Notes under the pieces: generated by a model | The model's input: only the letters and a program-made list of their open reading frames with translations | Databases searched by the model: none | What the model was told of the DNA's origin: nothing | Translations under genes and position numbers: made by a program | Assembly (NCBI GenBank): GCA_963768835.1 | Contig: CAVYJB010000002.1 | Coordinates: 459,082-523,081 of the forward strand | Reading direction: 5' to 3' | Source: an uncultured bacterium | Lineage (GTDB): Bacteria > Patescibacteriota > Minisyncoccia > UBA6257 > GWB1-50-10 | Length of the DNA stretch: 64,000 nt | Part shown: in pieces, positions 46,026 through 54,055 of the stretch | Position numbering within the stretch: position 1 is the stretch's first letter | Layout: each line of letters begins with the position of its first letter

Positions 46026-48137
46026 ATGGTGGGTTCCTTGCACTGTAGGGGGTGGATGCCCCGCACCGCAGCGCTGGCGGTTGTCTTTGCGCTCGCCGGA
46101 TTCACGATGGCGCCTTGCGCGTCCGCACAAAGCGACGTCAGCCCGGCATCGCTCTATGTGAGCCCTTCCACAGGAACCTTCACAGTGGGGAGCACTTTCA
46201 CGGTCTCCTTCTATCTGAACACCGGCGGTCAATCGGTGAACGCGCTTCAGGCAAACGTAATTTTCCCGCCGGACATGCTGCAGGTGGTCTCGCCCACCAC
46301 CGGGACCTCTTTCGTTCAATTCTGGACCTCGCAGCCGAGCTATTCGAACGGGGACGGGACCCTTTCGTTTCAAGGAGCGGTCGCCGCGCCGGGCATTAAT
46401 ACCTCGGCAGGCCTCATTGCCACCGTCACCTTCCGGGTCACGGCTCTGGGGACCGCGGTCATTAAATTTGCAGATAATTCCCGCGTCCTTTTGAACGACG
46501 GCCAGGGAACGAACGTTCTGGGCCAGACGAGCGGGGCTATCTATTCGCTTGCACTGCCGCCGCCTGCCGGTCCGATCGTGACCTCGCCCACAGATCCTGA
46601 CCAACAAAAATGGTACTCGAATTCCGATGTGTCCTTCGAGTGGCAACCGCAGGATGCTGCAGTCACGGGCTACAGCTATATCCTGAGCCATAACCCCTCC
46701 GACATTCCCGACGATATCGCGGAAGGGGACCAGACTTCCGTGTCCTATCCTAATCTCCCCGATGGCATCTATTATTTTCATATCAAGGCGCTCCGGAACG
46801 GAAGCTGGGGAGGCGTCACTTCTTATTCGGTGAAAATCGATGCCACGCCGCCCGCGACGTTTCCCATTGAGGTCTCGCCGGGTACGCGGACGACCCTCAG
46901 GAGTCCTATCATCTCGTTCATCACCACGGACAATCTCTCGGGCATCGACCACTATGAAGTGAAGGTGCTTCCGCTCACGCCCCTCCCGCCGTCCACGGGG
47001 AGCAACGCACCTTCGAGTGCCATCCAGCCTTTCTTCATCGAGGCCACAAGCCCCTATGTGCCGCAGCTCGATCTCGGGTCTTACGACATTATCGTTCGTG
47101 CTGTGGACCGCGCGGGGAATGAAACAGATTCGAAGACCCACATTGATGTGGTGACGCCGCTCTTCGAGGTGGTGAGCGGCGAGGGGCTTCGGGTGAACAA
47201 CACCTTCACCATTCCTTGGCTCGGTCTCTGGGCTACTCTCGCGGCTTTGGTGCCCCTTCTTTCTTATTTCGCATGGAAAGTGCGTCGTTCCCATCGCTTG
47301 ATACAGCTTAAGCTTGCGGAAGGCGCCCTCTCCGATCCGGTGATACGAAAACGTCTCGAGGAATTAAAAGCGAAGCGGCAGGAATATGCCAAGAAGGCGC
47401 TTCTCATATTTTTTGCCTTAGCATTCAGTCTCACGCTCGGGATTGGCTCGGTCCGCGCGGCCGCGACCTCCTCCATTTCTACCATTTCGCCGCCTCTCGT
47501 CACGCTCTATGGAAACAATATTTCAGACGCGGAGCTTCTCTACATCGGTGGGAAGTCCGAAGAGCTCGGTGCCACGGTCGAAGTCTATCTCCAGAACACC
47601 CACACGGGCGAGACGCTCTCTGAGGAGGCGGTGGTGGATCCCCAAGGCGAATGGTTCTACTCGTACCCCAAATTCCTCCAGGCAGGGAAGTATCTCCTTT
47701 GGACCCAGGTCAAGGCAGGCGACCAATTCTCGCCGCCGAGCCCGCAGCTCGAGGTGAACGTCGAGCCCACCGCGTTCCAGTTCGGCGCTTCCCGTGTGAG
47801 TTATGAACTTATTTATCTTGCGATCTCCGTCCTCCTCGCGCTTGTGATCCTCGGGTTCGTCAGTTTCATTCTCTACCACTTCGCTCAAGGGCGGCGGAAG
47901 CGCGCGCTCCTCGAGCGGGAGCTCCAGGAGGCGGAGGAGTCTATCCGGCGGGGGTTCGCCGTGCTCCGGCGCGACATTGAAGCGGAACTCGAGGTTATCC
48001 ACCGCGCAAAACTGCAGGGGGAACTTGCTATCGACGAGCGGGTACGTGAAGAAAAGCTTATCCGTGACCTCGACCTCGTACGGCGCTACATCGGGAAGGA
48101 GGTTTGGGATCTTGAGCGGTTCCGGCACATAGAGTAA
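46026..48137 (+). CDS. multi-pass membrane protein with N-terminal cohesin domain, Ig/Fn3-like domain and coiled coils
   Basis: The cohesin signature LYVSPSTGTFTVGSTFTVSFYLNTGGQSVNALQANVIFPPDMLQVVSP ... GLIATVTFRVTALGTAVIKFADNSRVL is followed by a beta-sandwich domain and three predicted TM helices separated by charged coiled-coil segments. Confidence 0.55.
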   Translation: MVGSLHCRGWMPRTAALAVVFALAGFTMAPCASAQSDVSPASLYVSPSTGTFTVGSTFTVSFYLNTGGQSVNALQANVIFPPDMLQVVSPTTGTSFVQFWTSQPSYSNGDGTLSFQGAVAAPGINTSAGLIATVTFRVTALGTAVIKFADNSRVLLNDGQGTNVLGQTSGAIYSLALPPPAGPIVTSPTDPDQQKWYSNSDVSFEWQPQDAAVTGYSYILSHNPSDIPDDIAEGDQTSVSYPNLPDGIYYFHIKALRNGSWGGVTSYSVKIDATPPATFPIEVSPGTRTTLRSPIISFITTDNLSGIDHYEVKVLPLTPLPPSTGSNAPSSAIQPFFIEATSPYVPQLDLGSYDIIVRAVDRAGNETDSKTHIDVVTPLFEVVSGEGLRVNNTFTIPWLGLWATLAALVPLLSYFAWKVRRSHRLIQLKLAEGALSDPVIRKRLEELKAKRQEYAKKALLIFFALAFSLTLGIGSVRAAATSSISTISPPLVTLYGNNISDAELLYIGGKSEELGATVEVYLQNTHTGETLSEEAVVDPQGEWFYSYPKFLQAGKYLLWTQVKAGDQFSPPSPQLEVNVEPTAFQFGASRVSYELIYLAISVLLALVILGFVSFILYHFAQGRRKRALLERELQEAEESIRRGFAVLRRDIEAELEVIHRAKLQGELAIDERVREEKLIRDLDLVRRYIGKEVWDLERFRHIE

Positions 48138-48192
48138 AGGTTTCGGAGCTTGGGAATTATCCACCGTCGGGGGTCCTTTGGGTACCCGATTG

Positions 48193-48201
48193 TGGTATAC
48201 T
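48193..48201 (+). promoter_or_regulatory. extended -10 promoter element TGGTATACT upstream of the WxL-like paralog
   Basis: TTGTGGTATACTCTAGG. Identical core to 42710-42718. Confidence 0.4.
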
Positions 48202-48225
48202 CTAGGTATAAATTCTCTTTCTGGT

Positions 48226-48896
48226 ATGCATAAGAGATTCGAGATTGGAACGGTTGTTATGGGATGTCTTCTCCTCGGAGGGATGAGCTTCCTTTTCTTC
48301 GGAGGTGGCTTTTTGGTATCTCTTTTTGCGCCAAACGTCCAAGCTGGTACTTCTACTTCTACCAATCAGACGGTGAGCGTCACCGTGAACCAGACTATTA
48401 CGCTCACGCTTGCTTCCACGACGCTTACGCTCCCGACTCTCACGCCCGGTACTCCGGTCTCGGCGATGTCGTCAGCAACCGTCGTGACAAATGCCGACCA
48501 GGGCTTCCAACTTTCTTCAGCCGCGTGAACAACCCGACCTCGACCCTAATCTACGGCGCCACCTCCACCTTCCCGGATGCGGTCGCGTTCGACGGGACGA
48601 CCAATACGACGACCGACACGACCGCAATCGGCGCGAACCTTCATTTCCGCGTGGCGTCCTCGGGGACACCAGGCGGCCTTTACAGCTCGAGTCTCTGGGG
48701 ACCGAACGACTCGGACGGGATTGGGGAACGCGGAGTACTCGGGTTTTCCGACTACAAGCAAAGTCGTCGCCTCGACGAGCACCTACGCTGGTGTCTCGGA
48801 GACCATCACGTACAAGGGCGTGCGAACGCGCCAGGCACGCAGCGGTCCGGTAACTATACCGGCCAGATTACGATTACCGCGACGGCGCTACCGTAG
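48226..48896 (+). pseudogene. WxL-like small secreted protein paralog interrupted by three apparent 1-nt frameshifts
   Basis: Matches ORF 42799..43497 across three reading frames: MHKRFEIG...NADQGFQL in frame A to 48528, RVNNPTSTLIYGATSTFPDA... in frame B, and a middle AEYSGFPTTSKVVASTSTYAGVSETITYK segment in frame C. It returns to ...GNYTGQITITATALP*. One frameshift maps to a 1-nt deletion in CTTCTCTTC>CTTTCTTC. Confidence 0.6.
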
Positions 48897-49013
48897 TCGA
48901 TCTACGGCGGAGACATAAACGGTTTGCCTTCCGAATCTTTTCTCCCGCACCATAAAGCATAGTGCGGGAGTTTTATTTGAAGTCCGTCGGTTTCATGGTA
49001 CGATAGGAATACT

Positions 49014-50414
49014 ATGGTTCGCATGCTTGCGAAGGATATCGGTGGGCATGAAGGGAAAGAAGTAGAACTCCTGGGGTGGGTGGACACCCGCCGTGACCAC
49101 GGGAAGCTCATCTTCATCGATCTTCGGGATCGATCGGGGATTTCCCAGCTTGTGTTCAAGCCGACGGAGAAGGCAACGCATGTGGCCGCGGAGCAACTCC
49201 GATCCGAGTGGGTTATCCGGGTGAAGGGAATGGTAGGGAAGCGTCCGTCGGGGATGGAGAACCCCAAGATCCCGAACGGGGCATTCGAGATTCCCGTCAC
49301 CGAGCTCGAGGTTCTCAACGAAGCGAAGACGCCGCCGTTCGATCTCGCGGGTTCGGGGCTCGAGGTGAGCGAGGATGTACGGATGCAGTATCGGTACCTC
49401 GACCTCCGCCGCGCGCGCCTCCAAAAAAACCTTCGGCATCGGGCGAAGGTGTTTCAGCACATCCGGGATTTCTTGACGGCGCGCGAGTTTGTCGACGTGG
49501 AAACCCCCATCCTCACGAAATCAACGCCTGAAGGCGCGCGGGACTATCTCGTGCCTTCCCGGCTTCACCCCGGCACCTTCTACGCGCTCCCACAGGCTCC
49601 CCAGCAATACAAGCAGCTCTGTATGGTGGCGGGTCTTGAGCGGTATTTCCAGATTCCGCGCTGTTTCCGCGACGAGGACACCCGCGGTGACCGTCAGCCG
49701 GAGTTCACCCAGCTGGATCTTGAGATGAGCTTCGTGGAGCGTGAGGATGTGATGGCCCTGAATGAGGAGCTCCTAGTCTCTATTGTGAAAACGCTCTATC
49801 CGGAGAAGAAAATTCAAGATATCCCGTTCCCGCGCCTCACGTATGCGGAAGCCATGAAGAAGTACAAGACGGACCGGCCGGACCTTCGAAAGGATACGAA
49901 CGACCCGAATCTACTCGCTTTTTGCTGGGTCATCGATTTTCCCTTTTTCGAGAAGACGGACAAGGGCGGGTGGACCTTCACGCATAACCCGTTCTCCGCT
50001 CCGAAGCCGGAATTCATGGACGATCTTCTCGCGAAGCGGAATATTCCGGACATCCTGACGAGCCAGTATGATGTGGCGCTGAATGGCTGGGAGATCGGTG
50101 GAGGAAGTATCCGGAACCACAAATCCGAAGCTTTGAAAGCGGCACTCTCTATCATGGGATACTCGGACGAGCGCATTAATGCAAATTTTGGTCACATGCT
50201 TGAAGCTTTTGATTTTGGAGCGCCGCCGCATGGCGGAATCGCTTGGGGGCTCGACCGGCTCGTGATGATTCTGGAGAACGAATCAAACATCCGGGAGGTC
50301 ATCGCGTTCCCGAAGACCGGTGACGGGCGCGACTTCATGATGCATGCGCCCTCAGCGGTATCGCCGGAGCAGCTTCACGAGTTGCACATCAGTATTGAAA
50401 AGAAAGAGGATTAG
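49014..50414 (+). CDS. aspS: aspartate--tRNA ligase (short bacterial-type lacking the GAD insertion domain)
   Basis: An N-terminal OB anticodon-binding domain is followed by class II motifs: FRDEDTRGDRQPEFTQLDLEMSF, GGGSIR and GLDRLVMIL. Total 466 aa. Confidence 0.9.
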   Translation: MVRMLAKDIGGHEGKEVELLGWVDTRRDHGKLIFIDLRDRSGISQLVFKPTEKATHVAAEQLRSEWVIRVKGMVGKRPSGMENPKIPNGAFEIPVTELEVLNEAKTPPFDLAGSGLEVSEDVRMQYRYLDLRRARLQKNLRHRAKVFQHIRDFLTAREFVDVETPILTKSTPEGARDYLVPSRLHPGTFYALPQAPQQYKQLCMVAGLERYFQIPRCFRDEDTRGDRQPEFTQLDLEMSFVEREDVMALNEELLVSIVKTLYPEKKIQDIPFPRLTYAEAMKKYKTDRPDLRKDTNDPNLLAFCWVIDFPFFEKTDKGGWTFTHNPFSAPKPEFMDDLLAKRNIPDILTSQYDVALNGWEIGGGSIRNHKSEALKAALSIMGYSDERINANFGHMLEAFDFGAPPHGGIAWGLDRLVMILENESNIREVIAFPKTGDGRDFMMHAPSAVSPEQLHELHISIEKKED

Positions 50415-50418
50415 AATC

Positions 50419-51024
50419 ATGTCACACCAAAAAGCAGAACGAACCTTGGTTGTTGTAAAACCCGATGGGGTCCAACGAGGACTCATCGGTGAGGTTATCC
50501 AACGATATGAACGAACCGGTCTGAAACTCGTCGGTGTCAAAATGGTTGTGCCGACCGAGGAGTTTGTGCGCAAGCACTATATGCTCGATCCTGAGTGGCC
50601 AATGAAGAACGGTTCCAAGAGTATTGAGGCCTACCGAAAACAAGGAAAGAAACCTCCCTCCGAGGACCCATTGGAGATGAACCGGATGACACTCGCGAAA
50701 CTCACGAAGTATATCGCGTCAGGGCCGGTCATCGCCATGGTGTGGGAAGGCATTCATGCGGTGGGTATCGTGCGAAAAATCACGGGCGGCACCGAGCCCC
50801 TCACAACGGATGTAGGAACAATCCGGGGCGATTTTACCATCGACTCGTACGAAATCTCGGACGTGGATGGCCGCGCGGTACGCAACCTCGTCCACGCCTC
50901 GGGGTCTCCCCAAGAAGCCGAAATGGAAATTCCGCTGTGGTTCAAGCCGGAGGAGCTCCATAGGTACCGCCTTATCAATGAAGAAATCCTCTACGACGTG
51001 AATCTCGACGGGATTCTGGAATAG
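50419..51024 (+). CDS. ndk: nucleoside-diphosphate kinase (with an internal insertion)
   Basis: ERTLVVVKPDGVQRGLIGEVIQRYERTGLKLVGVKM, the active-site region NLVHASGSPQEA and His-containing TIRGDF. Total of about 201 aa versus about 140-150 aa typical. Confidence 0.85.
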   Translation: MSHQKAERTLVVVKPDGVQRGLIGEVIQRYERTGLKLVGVKMVVPTEEFVRKHYMLDPEWPMKNGSKSIEAYRKQGKKPPSEDPLEMNRMTLAKLTKYIASGPVIAMVWEGIHAVGIVRKITGGTEPLTTDVGTIRGDFTIDSYEISDVDGRAVRNLVHASGSPQEAEMEIPLWFKPEELHRYRLINEEILYDVNLDGILE

Positions 51025-51025
51025 T

Positions 51026-51523
51026 ATGGAACAAGGTAAGCCTGATCCGCGGCTCCATATCATTACCGTCACGGGCATCATCGAACGTGACAGGAAATAC
51101 TTGATTTTGAAGCGTTCTGAGCGCGAAATCGTTTACCCAGGGTGGTGGACGGTGCCGGGCGGGAAGTTCGTCCGGCATGAATACGAAGGACTTCCGAAGA
51201 CCGAAGGGTCCGATGGTTGGTATCGCGTCGTTCAGTTCGTCTTGGAAAAAGAGATTCGTGAGGAAGCGGGACTCGAAGTGAAGGATGTTTGCTATCTCAC
51301 TGATATGACCTTCATTCGTCCCGACAATATTCCGGTGTTGGTACTCTCATACTGGTGCCGATGGGTGCGCGGAGAGGTGAAACTCGGCAAGGATATGACG
51401 GGGTCGGCCTGGATAACACCGGAGGAAGGAAAAAAATATCAGATCATCCCGGGTATCTTGACGGAGATAACAGAAGTAGACCACCTCATCCTCAAAGAAT
51501 CGACAAGCGGCAAAGGAAGTTGA
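51026..51523 (+). CDS. NUDIX hydrolase
   Basis: Nudix box GGKFVRHEYEGL...LEKEIREEAGLEV (GX5EX7REUXEEXGU pattern). Confidence 0.8.
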   Translation: MEQGKPDPRLHIITVTGIIERDRKYLILKRSEREIVYPGWWTVPGGKFVRHEYEGLPKTEGSDGWYRVVQFVLEKEIREEAGLEVKDVCYLTDMTFIRPDNIPVLVLSYWCRWVRGEVKLGKDMTGSAWITPEEGKKYQIIPGILTEITEVDHLILKESTSGKGS

Positions 51524-51567
51524 CGCAGAGCAAGGGTTGTGACGTGCTTGCTTCGCATTGAAAAAAC

Positions 51568-51602
51568 ATTGCCGGCGATAAGTTTTTCGCCGGCGTTTTT
51601 AT
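51568..51602 (+). terminator. rho-independent terminator after the ndk-nudix unit
   Basis: GCCGGCGA-TAAGTTTT-TCGCCGGC followed by GTTTTT. Confidence 0.7.
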
Positions 51603-51659
51603 CCACAGACGCGGATTGCGTAGGGCTTGAGGCGTACGGCCCCGGGGTATAATGGGGAT

Positions 51660-51850
51660 AGATCCTGCCCTTTGATTCCGGATCATGTAATCACAAAATG
51701 AGATTGCAGTATTCGCCGATTCGATTGAGGAATTAATCTTCTTCGTAAGGATCGGAACGAGCAAACTCACGTGGCATTTAGCCGGGAACCTCAAGGGCAG
51801 GATCGATCGTAATCAGTGCCCCGCTTGTCCAATCAACACGCGGGGTTTTG
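51660..51850 (+). ncRNA. candidate ~190-nt structured small RNA with its own promoter and terminator
   Basis: GGGGTATAATGGGG (-10 at 51648-51653) lies upstream. The 5' segment GATCCTGCCCTT (51661-72) is perfectly complementary to AAGGGCAGGATC (51793-804). The unit ends with the CCCCGC...GCGGGG+TTTT terminator (51819-51849). No ORF longer than 11 codons. Confidence 0.3.
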
Positions 51851-51875
51851 GTTTCTCGGTGGGGGACCACGCTAG

Positions 51876-51884
51876 TGGTATAAT
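51876..51884 (+). promoter_or_regulatory. extended -10 promoter TGGTATAAT for the downstream hypothetical gene
   Basis: CTAGTGGTATAATGGTG, about 45 nt upstream of the AAGGAG Shine-Dalgarno and the ATG at 51928. Confidence 0.4.
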
Positions 51885-51927
51885 GGTGGGCAGTTCTGCA
51901 GTTCACATAGGACAAGGAGCTGTGGCG

Positions 51928-52527
51928 ATGACACCAATGAGCCGGGTAGTTATCAAGGAACTCCTGCAATTCATTCGAGTCGCGTGTTTGCAGGAGGAGA
52001 TTTCATTTGGGAGCGTCGAATTTAAGAAACAGGTCCAGGGCGCGAAAGCGGCGGTTGATTGGAAGCCAGAAGAGGACGGAGAGGTGACGCGCATCGTGCG
52101 GACGATCCGGTCATCTGAAGGACCTGTTCTCCCGGCAGAAGAAGCCCTCCGTGTCGCGGAGGTCCCACCGGAGCCACTCGAGGTATGGGAGCGGCAAGCG
52201 ATTGTGGAGTTTCTGACGTTCATTGAGGTCACCAAGAGACTTCCAGATCAGTTCTGGGTCGCGCGATATAAGAGCACGGCGTTCCGCGAAAAAATGGGAG
52301 CGGTCGAATGCGCACTTCGCTGGACACCCGAGGAGCAGAAAGAGGTCGAGGAGCTTACCAAGGTTTTCCCCAAAGGCTTCGGTGCTACCAAGGAGAGAGC
52401 GACCAAGAACTTTAACGCGTGGCTCAAAATCGCAACGAGCATTGCGCTTGTCACCACAGTAGGTGCGACAATCGGCTTCGTGCACCACAGGCGGAGAAAA
52501 AAACAAAAGAAAAGCGCCAAGGAATAA
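51928..52527 (+). CDS. hypothetical protein with C-terminal TM and basic tail
   Basis: An AAGGAG Shine-Dalgarno lies 8 nt upstream. The ORF ends IALVTTVGATIGFVHHRRRKKQKKSAKE. The ORF-track start at 51859 lies inside the promoter. Confidence 0.45.
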   Translation: MTPMSRVVIKELLQFIRVACLQEEISFGSVEFKKQVQGAKAAVDWKPEEDGEVTRIVRTIRSSEGPVLPAEEALRVAEVPPEPLEVWERQAIVEFLTFIEVTKRLPDQFWVARYKSTAFREKMGAVECALRWTPEEQKEVEELTKVFPKGFGATKERATKNFNAWLKIATSIALVTTVGATIGFVHHRRRKKQKKSAKE

Positions 52528-52550
52528 TTCCGAGGCGCTTTCCTTATTTG

Positions 52551-52621
52551 TCGGGCCGCCGGGAATCGAACCCGGTCTACATGCACCCCATGCATGCGTA
52601 CTACCGGTATACGACGGCCCG
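52551..52621 (-). tRNA. tRNA-Pro (anticodon GGG)
   Basis: Reverse complement CGGGCCG-TC-GTAT-ACCGGTA-GTAC-G-CATGC-AUGGGGU-GCATG-TAGA-CCGGG-TTCGATT-CCCGG-CGGCCCG-A. Features are a C1:G72 pair and A73 (Pro identity elements), the GG D-loop, U33-GGG-G37 and a canonical T-loop. CCA is not encoded. Confidence 0.8.
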
Positions 52622-52778
52622 CGTCTTTCTTTTAGCCATTGAAGTATGGCATTTCATTCCAGGCCCGGCAAGGCTTTATAGAAGATGGACAGTAAGGGAG
52701 TTCTGTGGTACGATAGAAACAGTTCGTTCTAACATCAGAAACCACAATTAATTATTCCATTTGGAAGGAAGGAATAAT

Positions 52779-52991
52779 ATGGAGCAGACAGAAAGTGGTG
52801 GCGGGCAGCGGCAATCACCGGCGCCCATGCACGCATTTTATTTCCCTGGGCCAACCCAGCCCGTTCGGTGGGCGCGTGATCAGTCTGAGGTATCTCGATT
52901 GAGGGCTGAGCTTGAAGCTGCGGTCGCTGATAGGCTGAGAGAGTACAAAGAAGCTCAGGGGCCACAGGAACCTCCTCTGATTGGTTGCTAG
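52779..52991 (+). CDS. small hypothetical protein (70 aa)
   Basis: A GGAAGG Shine-Dalgarno sits 6 nt upstream of ATG 52779, and a strong terminator follows. No homology is evident. Confidence 0.3.
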   Translation: MEQTESGGGQRQSPAPMHAFYFPGPTQPVRWARDQSEVSRLRAELEAAVADRLREYKEAQGPQEPPLIGC

Positions 52992-53016
52992 CAATTCCCT
53001 CCGTTCTTTCTCCAAA

Positions 53017-53050
53017 CAAAAGACCCCATCTTCTGGGGTCTTTTCCTTTT
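53017..53050. terminator. bidirectional rho-independent terminator
   Basis: AAAGACCCCA-TCTTC-TGGGGTCTTTTCCTTTT. Confidence 0.7.
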
Positions 53051-53066
53051 CGTGCTGATTTGCTAC

Positions 53067-53291
53067 CTACGCGTTTGCCGGTGCGGTTTTCTTGGTGCGA
53101 GTCCGTTTCCCACGGGTCAAAACTTTGAGACATTTCGTGCAGACAAACGAACGTCTTCGGGGGTTAAGGAGGCTCGTCCATTGCAGATTAGCTTTTTTCC
53201 GCCCAGAAGTAGTCGGGTTGTAGTGGGCGCGGAGCAACTTTCGCGTTCCGCCCATCTGATAGGATTTTCCGCATCTTTCACACGCGCGCAT
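53067..53291 (-). CDS. rpmB: 50S ribosomal protein L28
   Basis: MRACERCGKSYQMGGTRKLLRAHYNPTTSGRKKANLQWTSLLNPRRRSFVCTKCLK shows the L28-like C..CGK...N..SH....T.R...PNLQ...RVC..C pattern. Confidence 0.6.
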   Translation of the reverse strand: MRACERCGKSYQMGGTRKLLRAHYNPTTSGRKKANLQWTSLLNPRRRSFVCTKCLKVLTRGKRTRTKKTAPANA

Positions 53292-53342
53292 AGTAGGTCC
53301 AGCTTACACGCTGGCGGTGTTTGTTGTCAACGGTATCGCCGG

Positions 53343-53990
53343 TTAGCCGATGACCGTCTCCTTGTAGGTTTGTTTCACGAAATCGATCTCGTAGAACTTG
53401 AAATCCTGCCCCGTCTGCACTTGCAGAATGATGGGATTGGGATTCCCGGGTACTAGGAACTGGACGTTCCCGCCGACCGAGCTGCCGGGCGCCATCGAGC
53501 TGAACTGGCCTGTGATGTTCGTCGCCATGAAGTTATCTCCGTTCAGGTTGACGATCTGGAAGGTGCTCGAAGCATCGAATGCGCTGTAGGAGGTCGCGTC
53601 GCTTGTATAGACTTTAAAATTCAACGTGATAGTTCCATCGGTCGCCTGCGAGACACTATCCACGGTGATGGTGAGCGGGGCCTGGGGCTGGAGGCTCGGG
53701 CTTGAGGAGGCGGCGAGTACGATGGCGGTTGGGATGGAGACCTCCTCAGAAGAATTGTTGCCCGTAGGCCCTTCGGTTGGCGCAGGCGTGGGGGAGGTCG
53801 TCGTGGGAGATGGCGTCGGGCTTGAAGGCGTGGTAGGCTCTGTCTTTTGTGCAAGTTGGGTTTGGAGTTCTAAGTTCTTCACGTCGGCATCAAGCCCCGA
53901 GATCCGATCGAACATAAAATAGAACCCCGCGAGTACGAGGAGCGCGAAGACGACCACTAAAATGTAGGGACCCCGATCAGTTCGTTCCAT
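53343..53990 (-). CDS. hypothetical N-terminally anchored secreted protein with P/T/S-rich linker
   Basis: TM helix (ILVVVFALLVLAGFYFMF), a coiled segment, a PT linker and a beta-rich C-domain (DUF4352-like pattern). Confidence 0.5.
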   Translation of the reverse strand: MERTDRGPYILVVVFALLVLAGFYFMFDRISGLDADVKNLELQTQLAQKTEPTTPSSPTPSPTTTSPTPAPTEGPTGNNSSEEVSIPTAIVLAASSSPSLQPQAPLTITVDSVSQATDGTITLNFKVYTSDATSYSAFDASSTFQIVNLNGDNFMATNITGQFSSMAPGSSVGGNVQFLVPGNPNPIILQVQTGQDFKFYEIDFVKQTYKETVIG

Positions 53991-54055
53991 AATGCTTATT
54001 CTACCATATCCCGTTTCCGGTGGTGTATACTGAAACAGCGAATCTATTACTAACT

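Noticed and set aside
45972-48365. Long antisense ORFs 45972..47294 (440 aa) and 47523..48365 (280 aa) on the minus strand
   Set aside because: They overlap the cohesin membrane-protein gene, whose frame shows recognisable domains. The antisense products are Arg/Gly-rich low-complexity sequence with no motifs.
42799-48896. Near-identical ~50-nt nucleotide stretch shared by the two small paralogs, considered as a diversity-generating retroelement template/variable repeat pair
   Set aside because: The mismatches are not adenine-specific. No reverse transcriptase gene is in the window. The similarity extends along the whole genes, which is ordinary paralogy.
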